A stretch of DNA of 15,648 nt from Octopus sinensis (lineage: Eukaryota), in assembly GCF_006345805.1 (NCBI RefSeq), contig NW_021825345.1, forward strand, positions 1-15,648, given 5' to 3'. Under the pieces are notes generated by a model. That model saw nothing but the letters and a program-made list of their open reading frames with translations. It was not told where the DNA came from and did no database searches. Made by a program: the position numbers and the translations under genes. Numbering within the stretch: position 1 is the stretch's first letter; every line of letters starts with the position of its first letter. Shown here one piece after another: positions 1-9,437 of this stretch.

Positions 1-141
1 CACCTTTCTTTCTACCACATTTGTAAATGAACAATCTGATGTGTTTATTTTAATGGCCTACCAATGTATACGGTGAGTTTCTTTGCCCTAGGTACTGGGA
101 CGACACTCGGCAAGAAATGGGAACAAAATTGAAAGAAGAGG

Positions 142-184
<43 letters not shown>

Positions 185-287
185 CATACAATAACCATCA
201 GAGCATCACAACAAATCACAGTACATACCCAAGGCACACAGAGTTGCGCTCGGAAGTGAAAGCACGCTATAAAAATAAAACTACTGG

Positions 288-320
<33 letters not shown>

Positions 321-323
321 TAA
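142..323. repeat. Two (AAT)n microsatellites (142-183 and 288-323)
   Basis: Directly visible ATA/AAT tandem runs; they explain the poly-Tyr/poly-Leu ORF 88..339. Confidence 0.97.
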
Positions 324-811
324 AGTGAATCCACAACAAATTTAATCTTAATAAAATCTACTGCAATGCTTAAACTATTACTTGATAGTATTCAGAATAT
401 TCAATTTGCATTTTCGAAAAATATAAATAAAATAAAATAAAAATCTACCACTGACATCTAATACAATAATCAGTTAATTTGTGTTTACAAAACATCAAAA
501 CTAACTGTCACTCATACACAGAGCGTTAGACAAGAAATAAAAAGAAAGTGCGAATATTTCAGAAGTCTGATTGCTCCATTCATCTGCTGCCTTGTAGCTG
601 CTGTTTCTTCATTCGACCACGTTTGTTTTCGCTTCGGTTCTTTCTCCCCGTTCATCCCAGCATACTTAAGATGACTTGTCAACAAGGCTAAATAGGAGCC
701 ACTTGATATGTACCCTGAACCTTTTTTTTATGGTGAAGAAGAAAACAAGGGTGGCTGGAATTAGGCACACTTGTTCTTGTTATCGTTGTGTGGTGACACC
801 GTAGCAGATTC

Positions 812-986
812 GCACGCACGCACGCACACACACACACACACACACACAACACACACACACACACGTGTGTGCATGAATATAATGTATGTCTATATATAAT
901 ATGCATTTGTATGTATATGTATACATGTATGCATGTGTGTAAATGTATATATGCATTCGTGTATGTGTGTGTATATTTATATGTAT

Positions 987-1021
<35 letters not shown>

Positions 1022-1143
1022 GCGCGTGTGCGTATGTGTGCGTATTATGCGTGTATGTATGTATGAGTGTGTGTGCGCGCGCGCGCGTGTGCTTGCGTGC
1101 GTGCATGCGTGAGTGGGTGTGCGTGCGTGCATGCGTGCGTGTG

Positions 1144-1196
<53 letters not shown>

Positions 1197-1202
1197 GCGC
1201 GC
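812..1202. repeat. Compound microsatellite (GCAC/CA/TA/GT/GC)
   Basis: Consecutive dinucleotide and tetranucleotide runs; the overlapping ORFs are low-complexity translations (HTHT, CVCV, YIYI). Confidence 0.95.
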
Positions 1203-1394
1203 GTTTGAAGCAGAAGTTACTCACTGAATCGGTCAATTGCTCGTTGACATTGTAACCTGATACTCGCCTTTCAAGCTTAAAGTAGTAAAGGTGAATTGAA
1301 GAGGTGGGGCCGCCCTTAGCTATGTGCGCCTGCGTATCAATGCGCGAGCACACACACTCACAATATGTATTAGGATGTATGCACGCATTATATA

Positions 1395-1398
1395 TCGA

Positions 1399-1429
<31 letters not shown>

Positions 1430-1431
1430 TG

Positions 1432-1488
<57 letters not shown>
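1395..1488. repeat. (GTAT)n followed by (TA)n microsatellite
   Basis: Directly visible tandem runs ending at the SINE head. Confidence 0.95.
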
Positions 1489-1490
<2 letters not shown>

Positions 1491-1813
1491 TGCAGGGTGG
1501 CTATGTAGTAAGTAGCTTGTTTACAACCACAGGGTTCCGGGTTCAGTCCCACTGCATGGCATCTTGGGTTAATGTCTTCTACTATAGCTTCGGGCCGACC
1601 AAAGCCTTGTGAGTGGATCTGGTAGACGGAAACTGAAAGAAGCCGGTCGTATATGTGTTTGTGTGTGTGTGCGCGCGCGCGTTCGTGTGTTTGTGTGTTT
1701 GTGTTTGTCACCCCAGCATCGCTTGACAACCCATGCTTGTGTGTTTACGTCCCCGTAACTTAGTGGTTCGGCAAAAGAGACCGATAGAATAAGTACTAGG
1801 CTTACAAAGAATA
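1489..1813 (+). mobile_element. tRNA-derived SINE, family 1 (octopus-type), 3'-truncated
   Basis: Pol III A-box-like TGGCTATGTAGT and B-box-like GGTTCAGTCCC (1540-1550), internal (GT)n. The body GACGGAAACTGAAAGAAGCC...GGCAAAAGAGACCGATAGAATAAGTACTAGGCTTACAAAG is shared with copies at 9868-10243, 12416-12590 and 13758-13970. Confidence 0.9.
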
Positions 1814-1953
1814 TACAAAAAAAGTTGCATATATAGTTAATTTTAAAAAAACGGAGAAAAAGGTAAGAGAAAAACAACGTGAAGATGTAGCACATGGAAA
1901 GTATTAATAAAATGCTCAGAGAAAGAAGAGAGTGGTTGTTTTATACATGTACA

Positions 1954-1982
1954 TTTTACTCTTTTACTTGTTTCAGTCATTT
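1954..1982 (-). mobile_element. SINE family 1 3' tail fragment
   Basis: Reverse complement AAATGACTGAAACAAGTAAAAGAGTAAAA matches the tail seen at 12416-12447 and (partly) at 13958-13968. Confidence 0.7.
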
Positions 1983-2002
1983 TGTATAGATATGTGTGAT
2001 TT

Positions 2003-2196
2003 ATATATATATATATATATGTATGTGTGTGCGGTAGTGTTGATGATATGTATAGTACATTGCCTGTATATCACAATGTACATATACATATATCTATTAT
2101 ATATATATTATATATATATATAATATATAATATATATATATGGATATATATATATATATATAATTATATATATATATAGTATATATATATATATAA

Positions 2197-2264
<68 letters not shown>

Positions 2265-2390
2265 AATATATATATATATATTATAGATTATATATATAAT
2301 TATAATATATATATATAATATATAATATATTATATTATATATATATATATATATATTATATTATATAATAATATATATATAGAATTATAG

Positions 2391-2427
<37 letters not shown>

Positions 2428-2689
2428 AATATATATATCTATTATATAATATATATATATATATATATATAATATATTATTATATAATATATATATATTA
2501 TATATATATATATAATATATATATATATATAATATATATATATAATCTATATATATATATATATATATAATATATATATATATATATAATATATATATAT
2601 ATATATAATAATATATATATAATATATAATATATATATATAATATATATATTATATATATAATATTCATATATATATATATATAATTAT

Positions 2690-2732
<43 letters not shown>

Positions 2733-2761
2733 TATAATAATATAAGATATATATATATATA

Positions 2762-2795
<34 letters not shown>

Positions 2796-3005
2796 GATAA
2801 TATATAATATATATTATATATAATATATAATATATATATATATATATAATATATATATATAATATATATATATATATGTATATATGGAGATAGAGAGAGG
2901 AAAGAGATTGAGTGATAGATAGATATATAGATAGATAGATGATAGATAGGATAGATATAAAACGAATCAACGGGGCATACCTGGTAGCTTCCGTCTTTCG
3001 TTTAC

Positions 3006-3049
<44 letters not shown>

Positions 3050-3108
3050 ATATATGTATGTATACGCATATATATACATATAGACATAATATATATCTAT
3101 ATATATAT
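2003..3108. repeat. ~1.1-kb degenerate (TA)n array with TAA/GATA interruptions
   Basis: Directly visible, almost entirely A/T, with a (GATA)n patch near 2915-2960 and a short non-repeat island near 2960-3010. Confidence 0.95.
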
Positions 3109-3185
3109 AGGAGAGAGAGAGAGAGGAGAGAGAGAGAAGGAGAGAGGAGAGAGAGGAGCACACACATACAGAGATAGAGACAGAG
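3109..3185. repeat. (GA)n-rich microsatellite
   Basis: Directly visible GA/GGA runs. Confidence 0.9.
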
Positions 3186-3189
3186 ATGA

Positions 3190-4712
3190 AATTAGCTATA
3201 CATTAACAAAAAGAATGGATGATAATGACGCATCCTTCTGAGAACCTCTTGAACCCATCCACAAGATCTCCCTAAATACCAAGGACAAGTGTCCTCTCCA
3301 ATTTTTCTTCTCCAAGTTAGAGGCCTGTACCGAGAATGGTACCATCCACTCTTGCCATTTTTGTCATTCTCACCTCTGTTTCAATAAATAGTCGACCTGC
3401 TTTTGTAATTAAGAATCCTTTCATCCGGAACCCTAGCTACGTACACGCAGACGGACACACACACACATACGCAGACGGACACACACACATCTTTCAATAA
3501 ATTCGCCCGAAGGCAGCATTTCCCTCTCTACCTTCATCTTCCTTTCATAGAGCCTTCAATGACTTTTTCAAGTGAAACTTGAAATAGTCGATAAAGGCGG
3601 TATGGAAGAGGAAAGTCTCTGTCGCCATACATTTCAGACTCGTCTACGACACAAGCGCTTTCCCTATACAGAGGGAAAAGACCTTAACTTCCCAGTTAAA
3701 AGAGGACGGCAAGACAATCGTCATTATGGGTTCAGCTGACAGCCGGATTCATCCTACACGTGACAATAGCTGTTTGACATAAGCCCACGAGTCAGCAAAA
3801 CTTATACACTGAACAAGTACTGCAGAACGGTTTCGTCACTTTGTGCGTAACTCAGACAAGCCCGTCTGACTGTACCTTCGTGTCTGTAGAGTTTATCTCC
3901 AACCAGTAGTGCTTCTTGGTAGCACTGCCAGGCCAAGGACTACTGGAAATTATCCGCGGTAGTCTCCTATTGAAAAGTTCTCCGGAACAGTTTAGCCAGT
4001 TCGTTTTTGTTGACGCTTAGAGTTTCTCTGAGAACGTTGTCACTCTTCCCCGCTCCTAATCTTCTCTGGATTGCTAGCGTAGAGTATCCACCGATCCTGC
4101 TGCTCGAGTTGCAGAGGGCGTCGAGCCTCAGACAACGCTAGATGTCAGGACTGTAGCTCTGTCAAGGAGACGAGTCGTGGAAAGACGTGCTTCATCGGTT
4201 GATTCTCCAGGAACCTTTACAGGTAACACAACCTCAGTGTGCATCTGTCTGCACATCAGCAACTGCAGCATATCTAAGATGGCATGCAAAGGGTGCTAGC
4301 AGCAGATGAGCTGCCTGACCAGTGAAACGCATCCCTTCCACAAGAAATTGAATAACAGACGTTCCAACCTGATCAAGCAGCAGTTGAGACGCGGCACGAC
4401 GGTCAGGCGATAAACAATAACGGAGGTGATGTGGGCATTTACCAGCTTTGCCCGACCTTCCAGGAACAGCTTCCTTTTCCTGGGTGAGATTGCACACCCT
4501 GTTTGTTACTTCGTCCTAGTTCCTATCTTCCTAGAGGTCGGGACCAAACCAAGCCTCGAAGCAGTTCAACGTTCAACGATCGCCATCCGACGGCATGGTC
4601 CTGTACTTCTTGATACCAAGCTGCAAAGACACCGAGTTGTCCGCGTTGATATTGATCCCTGCTACTGTCTCATATTCCATTAGAATGGTACTGGCCGTCT
4701 CCACTTCTCAGG
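3190..4712 (-). mobile_element. Decayed L1/Tx1-clade non-LTR retrotransposon, 3' part of ORF2 (late RT, zf-RVT/CCHC region) and probable 3' UTR
   Basis: Minus-strand translation across frameshifts and stops gives EYETVAGININADNSVSLQLG, WFGPDL*EDRN, RKLFLEGRAKLVNAHITSVIVYRL, FNFLWKG, DNFQ*SLAWQCYQEALLVGDKLYRH, ACLSYAQSDETVLQY (eroded CxxC...H...C knuckle), FKFHLK...RKMKVERE and MARVDGTILGTGL* (stop 3319-3317). The 3' boundary is approximate. Confidence 0.88.
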
Positions 4713-6439
4713 TTTTTTTTATTTTAATTTAATTTTTATTTTTATTTTATATCTCACTTGTGTATAAAATTAAATTATACAAAAAAAAACTAGCATAAAA
4801 AGTTACGATACACCATTTTCTAAGAAGAGAACAAAAAGTTCTTAGGAATAGAATGAAGTAGTTCATTATTAAGAATGCACTATTCAGACTAGTGAGACCA
4901 TCGAGAAGGATTTTAATTTAAAAAAAAAAAAAACTATTAACCTTTTTGTGACGATCTGTAAGAAAAGCACTTTGTGCAAGTTATTTTATAATTTTATTTA
5001 TAAATTTTGAAATATGTTTTTAATGTTACTAAAAGTGGTAGGGCTTTACCACAAACAGATTTGTTGATTACTCAAAGGCATCTTTTGAACATATACATCT
5101 TTTGAGTCTAGGAAAGTTGCATCTTTGCACACAAAATTATTCCAGACAACTGGCCCACAACTGGGGTAGCCGAATTTATTAAATTTTGTTATGGTATAAC
5201 TATTACATTTGAATGTTGCTCTAGGATATTTCGTCGAATATTTATGAATTTTCTTTATAAATTTTTTTCTGAATACATTTTGGGGTAGAGCTGTGATAAA
5301 CTTTAAACATTAAAGACCGAGAGTGAGATCCTCTGGGAGCCTTTAATACAATCTTGACTTCACGTTTTCGTAAACTATGAAGTACTAAATTTTGACTTCT
5401 TGACACTACCTCAAGCTAGGTTAACGTATATTAAATCCGGATTAATAAAAGAAAAATATAACATTTTCATTGCTTTTTGTCCCAAAACGTGCGTCCCCAA
5501 CAGATTATTCCAATTTGTGTCAGTAGTTTGGATTCTATTGCTTGAATGTACAATTTCCAATTCAAATTTTCGTCAATAAGGACTCCCTGTCACTTTGTAT
5601 ACCTGGACATTTTGACTTGTTTTGAACCAAAGTGAAGTATTAAGGGTTGTTAAAGACATATCAATGTTGTTGTTAACTGGTAAACAGGATAGAGTGTACT
5701 TAGTTTTATCTATGTTCAGAGAAAGCTTGTTTGCTGAATACCAGTCATTTATGAGTGATAATTGGTTGTTCATTTCTTTGAATAGTGTGCGGTTGTCTTT
5801 ACCAGTGAAGAAAAGATTTGTATCATCGGCAAACATGATAACATTTAGAAGTGGAACTGTGTGGTGCATATGATTAACATATATAAGAAAAATGAGGCGG
5901 GGGGGGGCTTATAATGAGCCTTGAGGAACACCACATGACATTAGTTTGTTCTCGGATACAGCATCACCAAATTGCACAAACCGGTATCTATTACCTAGTT
6001 AACTTTCGAACCAGGATAGTTATTTCCTAATAATAACTCCATAATTTTAAAAGTTTTTATGATTCTATGATCATAGCTATTGTGATGTCATTTATGAGTT
6101 CTATCAACCCATAATCTACACGGGAATTCTTTCGAAAACCAAAGTGTTTGGAATTAATAATCGTGAAGACGAGAGTGCATTTTGTCTTTGCTCCTGATTT
6201 AAAAAGCGGCATCACTTGCTGTTTTCATTTTATCCGGAAGTACTCTAGATGCAAATAATGTATTAAGAGCATATATTAAGACTTTTATTGATTTACATGC
6301 AACTTTAAAAGTCCTTTCTCTTAAGGATTCATATCCAGGCCCTTTGTTCGTCTTCAGGCAAGTGAATGCGTTTTTCAGTTCCTCATCCGTAACTGGATTC
6401 ATTTTAAATAAATGGTTGCCCTTTTTAAAAAACTCAAGA
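4713..6439 (-). mobile_element. Decayed 5'-truncated CR1/L2-group LINE (RT ORF2 plus 3' UTR and A-rich tail), nested in the Tx1 element
   Basis: Minus strand: FKMNPVTDEELKNAFTCLKTNKGPGY, PDKMKTA, FGFRKNS, WFES*LGNR, CGVPQGS, MFADDTNLFF, WYSANKLSLNIDKTKY, GVLIDENLNWK, LYFSFI. The T-rich plus-strand run at 4713-4750 is the poly(A)-like tail. There are multiple stops and frameshifts, and the SKAFD motif is deleted. Confidence 0.92.
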
Positions 6440-6870
6440 AGGTATCCGTCACCATGACGGCGACGTCTTCCGCGTACTCCTACACGGCGTCCCAGTTCGA
6501 AAATGATGCCCCTCAACTATTCTCGCTTCTGCAATGCAAAACAGTTCCGAGAGATTGCCTTTACTTTGACCACCGCGCAGGTGCCGCTGTGTATTGCAGC
6601 GATCTAACTTCTGAAAACGAGTCCGAAACCGGCCAATTTCAGGATGGCTCCCATGTAATGATGATCGACTATTTCGAAAGCTTTCGACTGACCAAAATTG
6701 GTCAGGGCTTCACGGAAGCCAGCTTTGATGCCAGTCCCCTCTATGATATATCGCATAATGTGATGGTTGTCGTGGATGAGACTGTTCGGGATCGTTCACG
6801 TTTGCACTTTTGCACTCGACCACCAACGAAGGGAGAGCCGACTGTTCTGTTAACACCTTGGCCAAAATGA
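6440..6870 (-). mobile_element. 5' part of the same Tx1-clade RT (early domains to YADD)
   Basis: Minus strand: ILAKVL, IHDNHHIMRYIIE, QSKAFEIVDHHYMGAILKLAGFG, FRS*IAAIHSG, LRGI, YAEDVAVMVTD (YADD equivalent). The RQGCPLSP motif is deleted. It joins in frame to the 4712 fragment. Confidence 0.9.
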
Positions 6871-6985
6871 GTGTATGCAAGTGTGTGTGTGCTTGTTTGT
6901 GTTTGTGTGTTTGTGTTTGTGTGTGTGTGTGTGCATGCGTACGTGTGTGTGTGTTATACATGCACATACATACACACACACACAC
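6871..6985. repeat. (GT)n/(CA)n compound microsatellite
   Basis: Directly visible. Confidence 0.95.
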
Positions 6986-6994
6986 GGACAGAGA

Positions 6995-7850
6995 TAAATA
7001 GAGTGAAATTGTTATGGGAGTGTGTGTGACAGAGACGAAGTGAAAAGATAGAGCGAGAGAGGGGGGATGAGAAATATAGTGAATAAGTGAAGGGGACCGA
7101 CAGATACACACACACATATGCACGCACGCGCACGTACACACACACACACACACACCCAGACACATACGTGTAATCAAAAGTGTATGTGGTCATGTGTTAA
7201 CAACAACAATGATATATGCAATATATCGAACAGCTATTGGAGAATCTATTTTTCTGTATTATAGAAATATTTTAAAAAGTTGCTCAAACGTTTAAATAGC
7301 AACAAATATATCGATAACAAAACTACTCATCATCCTAGAAACTATATTCTGTTGAGATACGTATGACTATGTACTGCGTGACCAACATTTTGTGTTCAGC
7401 ATTAGCGTTACTATTTGATGTCACACAGTTGCACAGAACAGTATATACGGTGTGAATGGATCGAGTGTGGTGTATATGTTTCTTGTTCTGGAACATCCAT
7501 GTTCCTGTGCAGAAAGTACCGAACTATGCTAGACATCGTGCAAGTTGGTAGCAGCCAGCGTGTTATAGAGAGCGTTGTTTAAGAACTCAAAGGTGCATAA
7601 AATACCTCTTCAAACACCAAATGCAAGGTAAAGGTGACGCTGACTTCCACAAGGTTTCAAATGTTTGGGTGTCCCCACCTCGTCTTGTCCTACATATTCT
7701 TCAACCTTTAATCACCGCGAATACTTGAAACAATGAAAGTTTCAGTAATCAAAGCTCCGGAAAAAGGCAACCGGTATTGTGACGTCATAAACACACTGTA
7801 TAAAAACTTTAACTTCTTTGGACCAGACGGAAGAAGCTTAAATCAAATTC
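6995..7850 (+). repeat. Diverged local duplication, copy A
   Basis: Collinear with ~9300-10485 at roughly 70-75% identity by eye. Shared anchors include TATATCGAACAGCT, GAGTGTGGTGTATATGTTTC, TAAGAACTCAAAG, GGTGACGCTGA and TGACGTCATAAACAC. Confidence 0.9.
7780..7806 (+). promoter_or_regulatory. Candidate CRE (TGACGTCA), forkhead-like TAAACA and TATA-like TATAAAAA
   Basis: Motifs are seen at 7780-7787, 7788-7793 and 7799-7806. CRE+TAAACAC is identical in the paralog (10413-10427). Function is not shown. Confidence 0.3.
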
Positions 7851-7885
7851 ACACACACACACACACACACACATACACACACACA

Positions 7886-7930
<45 letters not shown>

Positions 7931-8027
7931 TGTGCAAACACATACGCAAACACATATCTGTAGATACATAGACACAGACACGCATATACCTATAGTCAGA
8001 TACGCACAGACACGCACATACATACAT
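7850..8027. repeat. (CA)n-rich microsatellite
   Basis: Directly visible. Confidence 0.95.
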
Positions 8028-8235
8028 AAGAAGGGTTTTCGTCTTTGTATTAGAGGTTAGTCCGACACATTAGAGTTATTCTATGTTGAAGCTACAAATG
8101 TTTAATGCATCGCAGTCCGACAATAGCTTAGCAGGCCGAAACTTCGAGGTCACTGTCAACAACATTCTTGTTTAAGAATAATAAATTTGTACTCAACAAA
8201 GTACACACTCACACACATATTTATATCAGATAAAT

Positions 8236-8337
8236 ATTGGTTTCAAATTTTGGCTCAAAGTCAGCAAGTGCAAAGAGGGATTAAGTCGATTACATCGGCC
8301 CTAATGCTTAGCTGTTCCTTATTTTATTGACCCCGAA
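8236..8337 (-). mobile_element. SINE family 2, 3' half
   Basis: Reverse complement TTCGGGGTCAATAAAATAAGGAACAG...GATGTAATCGACTTA matches the body of the plus copy at 14345-14405 (TTCGAGGTCGATAAATTAAGTATCAG...GATGTAATCGATTA). Confidence 0.8.
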
Positions 8338-9296
8338 GAGGGCACTCTATCTGAAAGAAATGCACAGAAATGGTTTACACCCTTCAAAGAGGGGAAATTC
8401 GCGTTCCGGTCAACCACTTCAGTTTCATGAAGACCATGGGAATGAGCTCGAGGACCTGCACCAATCTACTTGGCAGTTGAGCCAGCAGATTGGGATTCTC
8501 CCGTGATACCGTCACCTTTACTTGCTGGGTAAGGTTCAAAATCTCGGTGCATGAGTGTCACATGCCCGGGACGAAAATGACAAACTTCGGCAGTTCTCTA
8601 ACGCCACCAGTTTGCTCACTCGACATCAGGCTTCTCGTGGACACGGGTTTTTTACCGCATCATCACCCGCGATGTAAAGGTATCTTTACATCAATATGAA
8701 GCAGAGGAAAGTTCGGCTGAGTTCTGTCAAGAAAGCAACACCTCGAGCCAAGGCAGAGCTGCATCCATGCAATACAATGATCTGTGTTCGGTGGGATTGA
8801 GAAGGGATAATCCACTACGAAATGCTTGAAAACTACCACACGGTCAATGCAGAGCTTTATGCTCAACAAATGCACTGGCTCAACGAAACAATCCAGCCAG
8901 TGACACAGCGTGCTTCTTCAAAAAGATAACACTCGCCCTCATGTCACTAATTCGACGAAAAATACCATTCAAGAGCTCGGCTCGGGAGTTTTACCGCACG
9001 CACAATGTTCCCTTTATATAGCGTCTTCAAATGATTAACTTTGTCAGTCGCTCTTCGGCACTCTGCAAGGCGTTTCGTTTAACAACGACATGAAATTGAA
9101 AATGTGGCATTCTTCGTGTCAAGATCTGGCAACTTCTACCGTCAAGACACTGGAAAGTTACTGAAACGTTAGCAGAATACGAGGACAATGTTTGACAGTA
9201 TATTATTAGCTGCTTTGCTAAAATTGTTGAAGGAAAAAAAGAAGAATTAAAATAATTGAAAGAATAAACCAAATGAATTTATCTGATGATCCAATA
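8338..9296 (+). mobile_element. Decayed mariner (DD34D-type) transposon, 5'-truncated, with probable eroded right TIR
   Basis: Translation across frameshifts gives LSERNAQKWF, RSGQP, GKVQNLGA*VSHA (WVPHxL motif), RIITRDVK (first D), ELHP, VRWD*EGIIHYEML, TVNAELYAQQM, LLQKDNTRPH (second D), PHAQCSLYIASSN (eroded PHPPYSPDLAPSD). It ends in a TIR-like ...AAACCAAATGAATTTATCTGATGATCCAATA (9266-9296). Confidence 0.92.
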
Positions 9297-9299
9297 AAT

Positions 9300-9396
9300 A
9301 TATATAGAGAGAAATGAAATGCGTTTTGGGAGGTGAGGACAGTGAGAGATAAAATAAAAAAGAAAGAAAGAAAGGGATGAATGAGAACAACAGATA

Positions 9397-9437
<41 letters not shown>

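Noticed and set aside
1-80. Possible splice donor CG|GTGAGT at 73
   Set aside because: A single 6-mer with no acceptor or frame context in the window.
510-722. Minus frame containing RKQTWSNEETAA, resembling a Myb/SANT start
   Set aside because: Similarity is limited to a few residues, the rest does not fit the helix pattern, and there are no convincing splice sites.
4426-4683. 85-aa plus ORF (and the 4234..4497 minus ORF)
   Set aside because: Antisense or out-of-frame shadows of the decayed Tx1 RT.
7340-7560. GPCR TM3-like string (MDRVWCICF) in the plus frame of the duplication
   Set aside because: Both copies share an in-frame TGA just upstream, the TM3 Cys spacing is wrong, and A/B substitutions are spread over all codon positions (13/8/10 by hand count).
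7733-7963. ORF MKVSVIKAPEKGNRYCDV...
   Set aside because: The paralogous copy is frameshifted and has a stop, and the 3' half is (CA)n.
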